Both the position numbers and the translations under genes were made by a program. 64,000 nucleotides of DNA. Source: an uncultured Alphaproteobacteria bacterium. Its GTDB lineage: Bacteria > Pseudomonadota > Alphaproteobacteria > HIMB59 > GCA-002718135. The stretch is from assembly GCA_902610845.1 (NCBI GenBank), contig CACLXJ010000004.1, forward strand, positions 7,116 through 71,115, in the 5' to 3' direction. The notes under the pieces were generated by a model. It was not told the origin of the DNA. It ran no database searches and saw only the letters and a list, made by a program, of their open reading frames with translations. Positions 1 through 9,553 of the stretch are shown here, in pieces; the stretch's first letter is position 1, and each line of letters opens with the position of its first letter.

Positions 1-661
1 TTGGCGTCTCAACTTTAATTTTTTCACCATATCTAGGTTTACTTGTTATAGTCCGCTCTTCAGATGCAGTCCCACTTATAGCATTAATGCGCTTAACTGG
101 ACCAATTAAATTGATCAACTGAGTAATATAGTAAACCCCAACATCAAATACTGGTCCAGCACCAGGTTTAAAGAAAAAATCTGGATTTGGGTGCCAGTGT
201 TCCATACCGTGAGACATTAAGTTAAATGTTCCTAAAACAATTTTCCCAATCTTATTATCTTCAATTAATTTTCTAGCATTTTGACCTGCTGCTCCAAGAA
301 AAGTATCTGGTGCACACCCTACATATAATCCTTTTTCGTTAGCCAATTTTTCTATTTCAATACCTTCTGCGAAATTCATTGCTAATGGTTTTTCACTAAA
401 ACAATGTTTTCCATTAAAAAGTGATTTTGTAATAATTTCTTTATGGGCAGATGGAATTGTTAAATTAATTATTAAATCTATTTCTTTATTTTCCAATATC
501 TCATCAACAGATAACGCTTTAACATTATATTTTGAAGCAGCATTTGATGCAGCTTCTTTATTAATATCAGCACAAGCAATTATTTTAAAATTATTAAATA
601 TTTTTTGACATTCAAAATAAGTCTCAGAAATATTTCCGCAGCCAACTATTCCGATATTCAT
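1..661 (-). CDS. Gfo/Idh/MocA family NAD-dependent oxidoreductase (runs off window edge; not in ORF track)
   Basis: Hand translation from ATG at 661 (TAATG overlap with upstream stop): MNIGIVGCGNIS...HCFSEKPLAM...GCAPDTFLG...GAGPVFDVGVYY. Rossmann GxGxxS and EKP motifs present. Confidence 0.9.
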   Translation of the reverse strand, partial: MNIGIVGCGNISETYFECQKIFNNFKIIACADINKEAASNAASKYNVKALSVDEILENKEIDLIINLTIPSAHKEIITKSLFNGKHCFSEKPLAMNFAEGIEIEKLANEKGLYVGCAPDTFLGAAGQNARKLIEDNKIGKIVLGTFNLMSHGMEHWHPNPDFFFKPGAGPVFDVGVYYITQLINLIGPVKRINAISGTASEERTITSKPRYGEKIKVETP

Positions 662-1434
662 TAAATTGTTTCTAAATATTCTAAAGATTTGGTTGTATAT
701 TCTTTATAATCTTTTGGATCATCATGCTCTAGTACATAAACTTCACATGGTGTTTTTTTAACTTCAGAAATTAGTGAAGGCCAATCAATAAAACCTTCTC
801 CTACAGCAGACTGTTCATCGTGTTCTAATAAGTTTTTACTTTGATCATAAAAATCTTTTAAGTGACATCCAATGATTTTATTTGAATATTTTTGTATCCA
901 AGGAATTGGATCTGCACCACCTGCTATTGTCCAACCAAGATCAATTTCTAATTTTAAGTTTTCATTATGATCCATCATACATTCAATTGGTAACTTTCCA
1001 CTTGGTAAAGGTTTAAATTCATAAGAATGATTATGATAACCAAGTGTTAATCCAGCATTTTCAAAAGTACTAACATGAGAAGATAATTTTTTTCCAAAAT
1101 CCATCCATTCTTCTTCATCCATATCAAATGTGTTTTTAAACTCAGCATCTTTTCTTGCAGGAGGCGCTGGCACAATAATATGCTTAATATTCATTTTATT
1201 TGCACGATTAATGATATTATCGGAATCAGTTAGAGATTCAAAACCAACATGAGTAGACTTTGATGTAATTTTTGATTGATCCATCATCGATTTAAATTCA
1301 TCAGTATTCATTGATTCTAAACCAAAAAGTTCAATATTAACAATACCTGAGTCTGATAAAAATTTTAGTATTGGTTCATATGGCTGGAAATGTCTTGTAG
1401 TATAAAGCTGCATTGTAACATCTTGTTTATTCAT
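661..1434 (-). CDS. Sugar phosphate isomerase/epimerase (xylose-isomerase-like TIM barrel, IolE/AP endonuclease 2 superfamily)
   Basis: Metal-ligand motifs YHNHSYEF, EIDLGW, CHLKD, VLEHD. Start moved to ATG 1434, which has a GAGGAG RBS upstream. Confidence 0.85.
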   Translation of the reverse strand: MNKQDVTMQLYTTRHFQPYEPILKFLSDSGIVNIELFGLESMNTDEFKSMMDQSKITSKSTHVGFESLTDSDNIINRANKMNIKHIIVPAPPARKDAEFKNTFDMDEEEWMDFGKKLSSHVSTFENAGLTLGYHNHSYEFKPLPSGKLPIECMMDHNENLKLEIDLGWTIAGGADPIPWIQKYSNKIIGCHLKDFYDQSKNLLEHDEQSAVGEGFIDWPSLISEVKKTPCEVYVLEHDDPKDYKEYTTKSLEYLETI

Positions 1435-1435
1435 A

Positions 1436-2509
1436 TTAAATTCTCTCCTCAGATTTACTATCAAATATTGAAGATTTATTTATATCAAAAGAGATACTTA
1501 TTTCATCATTTAAATTAAAATTTGAGCTTCCTTCAAGTCTAATAGATATTGGATTACCCTCAACACTAGTCCACACAAGAGTATCTGCTCCCATAGGTTC
1601 CACTAATTCAACTTTACATTGCATAGAATTTTCATTTTTTTCTATATTTATGTTTTCAGGTCTAATTCCAAAGACAACCTCTTGATCATTTATCAAATTA
1701 TTTATATTTTCATATCTAGAAATATCAATTTGCTTTTTGCCAACAATTATTTTTTTATTTGATTTATCATAGATGGCTTTTAAAAAATTCATACTAGGAG
1801 ATCCAATAAAACCAGCAACAAATAAATTGGCAGGTTTGTTATAAATTTGCTTAGGAGTATCTAATTGTTGTATTAATCCATCTTTCATCACTGATATACG
1901 ATCAGCAAGCGTCATAGCTTCTATCTGATCATGAGTAACGTAAATCATTGTATTTGATAAATCTCTATGAAGTTTTTTAATTTCATAGCGTAGTTCAGCT
2001 CTTAATTTTGCATCAAGGTTACTTAAAGGCTCATCAAATAAAAAAACTTTTGCATCTCTAACTAAAGCTCTACCAATAGCAACACGTTGCCTTTGACCTC
2101 CAGAGAGTTGAGAAGGTTTTCTTTTAAGTAATTCATTTATTTGTAGGAGACTTGCCGCTTTATCAATTTTTTCATTAATTATATTCTTTGGCGTATTCAT
2201 CATTCTTAGTCCAAATGATAAATTTTTCTCAACCGTCATACTTGGATATAATGCATAGGATTGGAATACCATTCCTATATGTCTATCTTTTGGTTCTTTC
2301 CATGTAACGTTATCATCTTCAATCCAAATCTGTCCATCAGTTAAATCGAGAAGTCCTGCAATACAATTTAAAAGAGTTGTTTTTCCACAACCTGAAGGGC
2401 CAAGTAAAACCATAAATTCACCATCTCTTATATCAAGGCTTAAATCTTTTAGAATTTCAGTTTTACCATAACTGAATGAGATATTTTTTACTTCTACATT
2501 ATTTTTCAT
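1436..2509 (-). CDS. Sugar ABC transporter ATP-binding subunit (MalK/UgpC type)
   Basis: Walker A GPSGCGKT, signature LSGGQRQR, Walker B FLFDEPLSNLD, C-terminal TOBE-like region. Confidence 0.95.
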   Translation of the reverse strand: MKNNVEVKNISFSYGKTEILKDLSLDIRDGEFMVLLGPSGCGKTTLLNCIAGLLDLTDGQIWIEDDNVTWKEPKDRHIGMVFQSYALYPSMTVEKNLSFGLRMMNTPKNIINEKIDKAASLLQINELLKRKPSQLSGGQRQRVAIGRALVRDAKVFLFDEPLSNLDAKLRAELRYEIKKLHRDLSNTMIYVTHDQIEAMTLADRISVMKDGLIQQLDTPKQIYNKPANLFVAGFIGSPSMNFLKAIYDKSNKKIIVGKKQIDISRYENINNLINDQEVVFGIRPENINIEKNENSMQCKVELVEPMGADTLVWTSVEGNPISIRLEGSSNFNLNDEISISFDINKSSIFDSKSEERI

Positions 2510-2511
2510 TA

Positions 2512-3393
2512 TTACCCCTTAATTGCTCCAGCTGCTATTCCTCTTACAAACCATCTTCCTGATATAAAATAAACAAAAAGTGGAACAAGTGATGTTAAAA
2601 TAGTTGCAGACATATCTACATTATATTCTGCAACCCCATAATCAACTTGCACTATGTTATTTAATTGAACTGTCATAGGTTGGTTGTCTCTACCTGCAAA
2701 CACTAATCCTAGAAGAAAATCATTCCAAATTCCAGTAACTTGAAGAATGACAGCTACAATAGTTATAGGGGCAGACATTGGGATAATAACATATAAAAAT
2801 ATTTTTATAAAATTACCTCCATCAATTCTTGCAGCCTTAAAAAGATCTATCGGTAAACTGACATAAAAATTTCTAAAAATTAATGTTAATATAGGCATAC
2901 CAAAAATTGTATGTACTAAAATTATTCCTGGAAGAGTTGAATAAATACCTAAGGCATCTTCAATTTTAAGCAGAGGATAAACCATTACTTGATACGGAAT
3001 AAAAGCACCAAACATACATAAACCAAAAAAGAAGTAAGCACCCTTAAAGCGCCAGAAGGCTAGAGCATATCCATTTATTGCACTAAGCCCAACAGACACA
3101 ATTACACTAGGAATAGTAATTTTAATTGAATTAAAAAAACCAGGTTTAAGACCTTCACATACAAATCCGGTACACGCTTGTGACCACGCTTTTGGCCAAG
3201 AATAAAAGCTGAGTTCTTTTGGTAAATTTAAAATGTTTGCAGCTCTAATTTCATCCATATCTTTTAAGGATGTGATAACCATCACATATAACGGCATTAA
3301 AAAAAATATGGCACATACTAAAATAAAACAATACATGCCTATTCTTCCTATGGTTAAATGTTTTGGACGAGGTCCTGAAGGTATAGCACTCAT
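2512..3393 (-). CDS. Carbohydrate ABC transporter permease (MalG/GtsC type)
   Basis: EAA-like motif LFKAARIDGG and multiple TM helices. Start moved to ATG 3393 (TAATG overlap). Confidence 0.92.
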   Translation of the reverse strand: MSAIPSGPRPKHLTIGRIGMYCFILVCAIFFLMPLYVMVITSLKDMDEIRAANILNLPKELSFYSWPKAWSQACTGFVCEGLKPGFFNSIKITIPSVIVSVGLSAINGYALAFWRFKGAYFFFGLCMFGAFIPYQVMVYPLLKIEDALGIYSTLPGIILVHTIFGMPILTLIFRNFYVSLPIDLFKAARIDGGNFIKIFLYVIIPMSAPITIVAVILQVTGIWNDFLLGLVFAGRDNQPMTVQLNNIVQVDYGVAEYNVDMSATILTSLVPLFVYFISGRWFVRGIAAGAIKG

Positions 3394-4274
3394 TAATTTG
3401 CCGCGTATTTGTTTCTTAGATAAAATTCGTAAAATGCCCATGGAGCAAGTATACAAACAACAGAGATAAACATTATTATTGATGCTGCAAATGCTTGTCC
3501 TAAGTTAGCTCTGCTAAAAAAGTTTTCCATTACATACATAGCTGGGGTAGTTGTTGCATAACCAGGTCCACCAGATGTCAAAGCTAAAATTAAATCATAA
3601 ACTTTTACAACTCCAGCAGCAATTAAAACTATCGCTGTAACAACCATTGGTCTAAGCATTGGTAGAATAACAAATAAATAAGATTTCCATTTTGCTACTC
3701 CTTCTATACTTAATGATTTCCAAATATCTTCATCGATACCTCTAAGACCTGCTAGCATCAGAACCATCACGAATCCTGCACCTTGCCAAACGGCAGCAAT
3801 ACATACTGCATAAATTGCTAAATCTCTGTTAACTAACCAATCAAGTTCAAACCAACCAAATCCCCACATATGCATTGAGTTTTCTAATCCAAAAGTAGGG
3901 TTTAGAACCCATTTCCAAACTAAGCCTGTTACGACAAATGACATTGCGTAAGGATATAAAAATATAGTTCTAAATAAACTTTCTCCTCTAATTTTTTGAT
4001 CAATTAAGACTGCAAGTAGAAAACCTATTACTAGACATCCAATTGTAAATACAAAACCATAGATAAAAATATTTTCAACAGCTACATCCCATTTTCTTTG
4101 TTTAAACAATCTTTCATACTGATCAAAACCAACATAATTTATTACAGGAACTAATTTAGAGTTAGTTAAAGAATAAACAAATGAGTAAATAATACATCCA
4201 ACAAACACTGTTAATGATATTACAATCATAGGAAGTAGCGCTACCATAGATGCAATATTTCTAAATAAAGGCAT
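3393..4274 (-). CDS. Carbohydrate ABC transporter permease (MalF/GtsB type)
   Basis: FRTIFLYPYAMSFVVTG, AGLRGID motif, TM helices, position between binding protein and second permease. Confidence 0.92.
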   Translation of the reverse strand: MPLFRNIASMVALLPMIVISLTVFVGCIIYSFVYSLTNSKLVPVINYVGFDQYERLFKQRKWDVAVENIFIYGFVFTIGCLVIGFLLAVLIDQKIRGESLFRTIFLYPYAMSFVVTGLVWKWVLNPTFGLENSMHMWGFGWFELDWLVNRDLAIYAVCIAAVWQGAGFVMVLMLAGLRGIDEDIWKSLSIEGVAKWKSYLFVILPMLRPMVVTAIVLIAAGVVKVYDLILALTSGGPGYATTTPAMYVMENFFSRANLGQAFAASIIMFISVVCILAPWAFYEFYLRNKYAAN

Positions 4275-4295
4275 ATCTTTTTTAATTAAAATTTA

Positions 4296-4321
4296 TTAGG
4301 GCAGGTATGAACCTGCCCTAA
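4296..4321 (-). terminator. Intercistronic stem-loop after binding-protein gene (mRNA stabiliser or partial terminator)
   Basis: Perfect 11-bp inverted repeat TTAGGGCAGGT-atga-ACCTGCCCTAA just downstream of the SBP stop. Confidence 0.75.
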
Positions 4322-4332
4322 GATTTATAATT

Positions 4333-5577
4333 TTATAGTCCGCTTGTTAGAACGCCTTCTAAATCATCCATTGCTTGAGCAACGGTATAATTAGGGTCAT
4401 TTCTAAATTCAGAGATAATATCACCCCACGCAGCAGTAAATGCTGGTGTGTTCCAATCATCACTTTCTCTCATAATTGCATCAGGATTTTGAATTAAATC
4501 TAAACCCATTTGCATACAAGCATCAGCAGCAGAAGTATCAACATCAAGTCTCATAGGAAGAGAACCTTTAGCATTATTAAATTTAGCTTGTACAGTTGGA
4601 TTAACCATCATACTTGCCATTGCTAGTTGAGTATCTTTTACTTTTGGATCATCATTTTTAGGGAAAACAAAAACGTCACCACCAAGAGCAACATATTTTT
4701 CTTTTCCTGGGATAACACATGAATAGTCTTTCATTGCTTCCATTCCAGCAACAGCAAATTCACCTCTTGCCCAGTCACCCATTACTTGCATTGCAGCTTT
4801 ACCTTCGATGACCATTGCAGTTGTATCATTCCATAATCTTCCTGGAGAACCTTCATCAGTAAATTGATTTAGTTCTCTATAAGTATTTAGAACTGATTCA
4901 AATCTACCATCTCTAAATGCATCAAGGTCTTTATCTCTATACACTGAACGCATTAATGGAAAACCCATAATTGAGGATGCAACTACATCAAACATTCCTG
5001 ATTCTTGCCATCCTTGTCCGCCTAGAGCTAGAGGAATAATTCCTGCAGCTTGTATAGTCGGAGCACCAGCTAGAAAATCTTCAAATGTTTGAGGAACTGG
5101 AAGACCAACTTGTTTGTATACGTCGTTGTTAATCCACATCCATTGCCAACTATGAATATTTACTGGAACACAATAAAATTCACCTTCAAATTCGCAAGTT
5201 TCAATTAATTCAGGTGGATAAATAAAATCTCTCCATCCTTCAGCAGATGCAACTTCTTCAAGTGATTGAAGTAAGCCTTGCTCAACTAAGTCTACAAATT
5301 GTTTTGAAATATTAAACTGTGCTGCAGTTGGTGGGTTACCACCTATAATTCTGTTTACAGTTGTTCCTCTTGCATTGTCTCCACCAGTAATAGCAGTATC
5401 AATCCAAGTATTACCCATCTCTTGCCAAGCTTCTGCAAATTGAGATATAGCAGCTTGTTCTCCACCAGATGTCCACCAGTGAATAACTTCAGCTTCCATA
5501 TGCCCAGCAGCTTTAGAAACATTAGAATAAGATAGGGGTAGAAATATAGTTAAAAGTATTGAAAAAAGTTTTTTCAT
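4333..5577 (-). CDS. Sugar ABC transporter substrate-binding protein, GtsA-like (glucose/mannose type)
   Basis: Signal peptide, EVIHWWTSGGE, VPVNIHS and MQVMGDWARGEF motifs; strong AAAGGGAGG RBS. Confidence 0.88.
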   Translation of the reverse strand: MKKLFSILLTIFLPLSYSNVSKAAGHMEAEVIHWWTSGGEQAAISQFAEAWQEMGNTWIDTAITGGDNARGTTVNRIIGGNPPTAAQFNISKQFVDLVEQGLLQSLEEVASAEGWRDFIYPPELIETCEFEGEFYCVPVNIHSWQWMWINNDVYKQVGLPVPQTFEDFLAGAPTIQAAGIIPLALGGQGWQESGMFDVVASSIMGFPLMRSVYRDKDLDAFRDGRFESVLNTYRELNQFTDEGSPGRLWNDTTAMVIEGKAAMQVMGDWARGEFAVAGMEAMKDYSCVIPGKEKYVALGGDVFVFPKNDDPKVKDTQLAMASMMVNPTVQAKFNNAKGSLPMRLDVDTSAADACMQMGLDLIQNPDAIMRESDDWNTPAFTAAWGDIISEFRNDPNYTVAQAMDDLEGVLTSGL

Positions 5578-5665
5578 TTTTCCTCCCTTTGGTTAATAAT
5601 AAAAGGACATTCAATATCTAAGCTACAATGTCAACCAGTTAAATTAACGCAATTTAGTAGTAATA

Positions 5666-6622
5666 TTAGAGAAGATTCAACCAATTAATTTCTTCTTGGC
5701 TTAGCTCAATATCAAGGCAAGGAAGGGTTGTGTCTAGCTCTTTAACAGATCTAGGACCAATTAATGCAAAAGAAGGAAAAGATTGGTTTATAGTCCAACT
5801 TGCTGCAATATTATGAGCAGAACAACCTTTTTTTTCAGCTAGTTCCATAGCTCTTTTTTTTCTTTCTCTATTATCTTCACTATCATAGCAACTAATAGGA
5901 CCGCTTGAGTTCTCCCCTGGTGCTCTATATGTTTCTGCCTTAGTAATTTTATCTTCAATCTCTTGCGTTATATTATCAGGTAAAAAGTACCCTCTTGCTT
6001 GACTAGACCAAGACATATGAGATTTTTGTGAAGAATTTAGGTATGCCAGTATCTCTTCAGTATTAGATGACAAGCAACCATTCCAAAGAGGCTTAATCAT
6101 TTTAGCAAGTGCTAAATTATTATTTAAAATTGACATTTCTTGTTTATTATTTTTTTCTGACCATTCATTTGCTTCTTTAAATCTTTGTATTGTCCAGTTT
6201 GAACCACCAAATATTTTAATTCTGCCTTTTTCTTTTTCTTGATTCAAAACATCCATAAATTCATCAATTGGATAATCAGTATTATCTCGGTGCATGATAT
6301 AAATATCAACATAATCTGTATTCATTCGTTCAAGAGAGATAGTTAATTGTTTTGAAATCGCTTCAGGGTTACATTCAGGTGTATGTGCACCTTTGCCGAG
6401 TATTAAAACATCTTTTCTATTATTATTATTTTTTAACCATTCGCCAAAAACTTTTTCATGATTACCACCGCCATATATAAATGCAGTATCAAACATATTG
6501 CCACCAACTTCAATCCAATGATCCCATAACTTTGAAGCTTCATTAATATCATCTTGGTTATCACATCCCATAACAAGTTTAGAAATGTCTTTATCTATTC
6601 CTTTTATTCTATCGTATTTCAT
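5666..6622 (-). CDS. Aldo/keto reductase
   Basis: Catalytic tetrad context FDTA-FIYG, GKGAH, MHRD; GGSNW; WSSQARG. Confidence 0.9.
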   Translation of the reverse strand: MKYDRIKGIDKDISKLVMGCDNQDDINEASKLWDHWIEVGGNMFDTAFIYGGGNHEKVFGEWLKNNNNRKDVLILGKGAHTPECNPEAISKQLTISLERMNTDYVDIYIMHRDNTDYPIDEFMDVLNQEKEKGRIKIFGGSNWTIQRFKEANEWSEKNNKQEMSILNNNLALAKMIKPLWNGCLSSNTEEILAYLNSSQKSHMSWSSQARGYFLPDNITQEIEDKITKAETYRAPGENSSGPISCYDSEDNRERKKRAMELAEKKGCSAHNIAASWTINQSFPSFALIGPRSVKELDTTLPCLDIELSQEEINWLNLL

Positions 6623-7662
6623 ATTTCATCCTGTGGTAATTTATAATTTACTTTTTCTCTCCATGTATCAAGAGCTTGAAGATTGCCTAATGTATCTTCC
6701 CAAGTCATTGCTGGGTGAGGTGGTTGTGTTTTTTCCTTTGCAATGCACTGGCTTGCAAGTTCTCCTTCAAAGAAAAATAAATGTTCTGGTCCCTTAACAT
6801 CAATTACTTCGTCATTACCATTTTTACTAATAATGATTTTTGCATGATAAGGACCTCCTTGTCTTCCTGGCATCCATGGATCGGGTAATTCGATAGTACC
6901 TTCAGAGCCTGTAATAATAGCATTATTTTTCATGCTTTCTCTAATTGCAGTTGAGACTTTGGCTTTAATTCCATTTTTAAATTCTAAATTGGCATGAGCA
7001 ACTTCATCAACTCCTGTTTCCCCTATTCTTGCTTCAGCATCTATAAAAGTAGGCTCTAAAAACTTTTCTCCAGTTGCAACACCTGCAATTAATCTAGAAA
7101 AGGAAATAGGATATAAACCAACATCCAATATACCACCGCCTGCAAGACTTTTATTAAACAGTCTGTGTTCAGGAATTGTTTTACCCATATCAAAACCAAA
7201 AGAAGCTTCAATAGATGTTATATCCCCTATTGTTTTATTTTTTATTACTTCTAAAAGTTTTGGAATTTGAGGATGACATCGATACATAAAGCCTTCCATG
7301 TAAAAAACTCCAGCTTCTTTTACTGCCTCTATTATTTTTTTACCTTCGTTTAAATTGACAGCGCCTGGTTTTTCACAAAGAACATGCTTTCCTTTACCTG
7401 CAGCTTTGATTGTCCATTCAGCATGCAAAGTATGTGGTGTAGAAATATAAATAGCATCTATATGTTCTGAATTGATAATATCATCATAATTATCAAATCT
7501 AAAATCAGGATGAATATCATATTTATCACCAAAGGTTTTTCGACGGTTTTCATTTTTACTTGCTATACTTACGAGTTGACCCGAGTAAGAATCTTTTAAT
7601 CCATCTGCAAAATTATTAGCTATATTACCTGGTCCAATAATTCCCCATTTAATTTTTTCCAT
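6619..7662 (-). CDS. Gfo/Idh/MocA family oxidoreductase
   Basis: WGIIGPGNIA, HVLCEKP, MEGFMYRCHP, GGGILDVGLY. Confidence 0.92.
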   Translation of the reverse strand: MEKIKWGIIGPGNIANNFADGLKDSYSGQLVSIASKNENRRKTFGDKYDIHPDFRFDNYDDIINSEHIDAIYISTPHTLHAEWTIKAAGKGKHVLCEKPGAVNLNEGKKIIEAVKEAGVFYMEGFMYRCHPQIPKLLEVIKNKTIGDITSIEASFGFDMGKTIPEHRLFNKSLAGGGILDVGLYPISFSRLIAGVATGEKFLEPTFIDAEARIGETGVDEVAHANLEFKNGIKAKVSTAIRESMKNNAIITGSEGTIELPDPWMPGRQGGPYHAKIIISKNGNDEVIDVKGPEHLFFFEGELASQCIAKEKTQPPHPAMTWEDTLGNLQALDTWREKVNYKLPQDEI

Positions 7663-7663
7663 A

Positions 7664-9490
7664 CTACCCTTTTACAGCTCCAGCCGATAATCCTGCAATA
7701 TAATATTTTTGTACAAAAGAAAAAATTACTATAATTGGAATTGTTGTTAAAGTTGCAAAAGCCATAGCTTGTCCATACTGTGGTTCCTGACCTACACTTA
7801 GTGCAAATACTTCCGTCATTCCTAGGGGAATGGTATAGTTAAGATCATCTCTTAAAATTATAAGTGGCCATAGGAAACTATTCCAAGAATTAACAAATGT
7901 AATTATTGCAAGAGTAGCAATACCTGGCCAAACAAGTGGAACAACTATTTGCCAAAATATTCTAAATTCACCAGCTCCATCCGATCTTGCTGCTTGAATT
8001 AATTCATCAGGAACTGATGTTATGAATTGTCTCATCATAAAAATTCCTATAGCAGGTGCAACAAAAGGAATTATTAGCCCCGTTAGAGTATCATTCAATC
8101 CCATTCTTCCAACTAAGACGTAAAGCGGGATCATTATAATTGGGAAAGGTATCATTGCTGTTGCTACCATAAATATGAAGAGTTTGTTCTTTCCTTTAAA
8201 GTTATATTTAGCAAATGCATACCCAGCTAAAGTACATAAAAAAATCGTTAGAAGTGTTACAGCTATTGCAACAAAGAAGGAATTGAATATCCATAAACTT
8301 GCTGGAAACTCAGTAAACAATTTTGTTACATTTTCCCAATTAGGACTTTTAGAAAAAACTATTGGTGGCCATGCCATTATTTCTGCTGTTGATTTAATTG
8401 ATGAGGTAAGCATAAAAAAGTAAGGAATTAGTGTTATCAAACCTATAATTGTTATTATTAAATTTAATGAATATTTTCCAATTGTTGGCGATAAGGATTT
8501 TTTGCTAGAACTAGAAGACTCAATTGGAAAAATATTAGCAATAAAATCTATAATAGGAGATAAAATTCTCTCAATAAAACTTTTTTTAGCATCCTGATCT
8601 AAATTTGACGCAAATGATCTAAATTGAAATAATGATATAGCTAAAATACAGATGAACATAAATACACCAATAGAAGATCCAAAACCTAATTTGAGCTGAT
8701 TAAAGCCTCTTTCCATCATGTAAACAACCATTGATTTAGCATGGGTTGGAACATCATTTCCACTATACATAACAAATACATCTTCAAATATTTGAAATGA
8801 ACCAATAGAAACAATTATACAAACAAATAATGTTACAGGTGCTAGCTGAGGAAGAGTTACATACCAGAATTGATGCCATGCTGTTGCTCCATCTATTTTT
8901 GCAGCTTCATATAATGTTCTATCTATAAATTGTAGTCCAGCTAAAAAATAAATACAGGTTAAGCCTGTCCATCTCCATATAATTAACATCATAACAGACC
9001 ACTTAGAAGTTGAAGATGATTCAACCCAATTGATTGGCTCAATTCCAATAAGGCCAATCATATAATTTAAGAGCCCAAATTCACTGTTTAGTATCATCTT
9101 AAATGTTAAGGCCGCTGCTACGACTGATGTAACTATAGGTGAGAAAAATACTAGTCGCCAAAAAGGTTTTAGTTTTAAACTATGACTATTAAGAGCAAGA
9201 GCTAATAAAAGTGCAAGAGGAATGGTTATAAATACACTTCCAGCAGAATAAAATACTGTGTTTAGGAAAGTTTCCCAAAAGTTTTGGTCTTTAAAAAATA
9301 AATATTCAAAATTTCCCCACCCCCGAGGTTTAGGAGCTTTAACACCTTTCCATTTATAAAAAGCTAAAATAAAAGAAGCTATGGTAGGTAAAAGAAAAAA
9401 AATTGTAAAAATAATATAAAATGGCGATATAAAAAAATAAGGCGCAACCTTTTCAGGTCTTAATCTTCGACTATTACTCACAACTGACAT
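7664..9490 (-). CDS. Fused double carbohydrate ABC permease (MalF-like + MalG-like in one polypeptide)
   Basis: 608 aa with two EAA motifs (LYEAAKIDGA, LIQAARSDGA) separated by a Ser/Lys-rich linker. Confidence 0.9.
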   Translation of the reverse strand: MSVVSNSRRLRPEKVAPYFFISPFYIIFTIFFLLPTIASFILAFYKWKGVKAPKPRGWGNFEYLFFKDQNFWETFLNTVFYSAGSVFITIPLALLLALALNSHSLKLKPFWRLVFFSPIVTSVVAAALTFKMILNSEFGLLNYMIGLIGIEPINWVESSSTSKWSVMMLIIWRWTGLTCIYFLAGLQFIDRTLYEAAKIDGATAWHQFWYVTLPQLAPVTLFVCIIVSIGSFQIFEDVFVMYSGNDVPTHAKSMVVYMMERGFNQLKLGFGSSIGVFMFICILAISLFQFRSFASNLDQDAKKSFIERILSPIIDFIANIFPIESSSSSKKSLSPTIGKYSLNLIITIIGLITLIPYFFMLTSSIKSTAEIMAWPPIVFSKSPNWENVTKLFTEFPASLWIFNSFFVAIAVTLLTIFLCTLAGYAFAKYNFKGKNKLFIFMVATAMIPFPIIMIPLYVLVGRMGLNDTLTGLIIPFVAPAIGIFMMRQFITSVPDELIQAARSDGAGEFRIFWQIVVPLVWPGIATLAIITFVNSWNSFLWPLIILRDDLNYTIPLGMTEVFALSVGQEPQYGQAMAFATLTTIPIIVIFSFVQKYYIAGLSAGAVKG

Positions 9491-9516
9491 ATTACTATTT
9501 TTATTCTATTTTTAAA

Positions 9517-9540
9517 AAAGCAGGGTAAAAACCCTGCTTT
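9517..9540 (-). terminator. Intercistronic stem-loop after binding-protein gene
   Basis: Perfect 10-bp inverted repeat AAAGCAGGGT-aaaa-ACCCTGCTTT, followed by a U-rich tract on the minus strand. Confidence 0.75.
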
Positions 9541-9553
9541 AAAAAATTATCGT

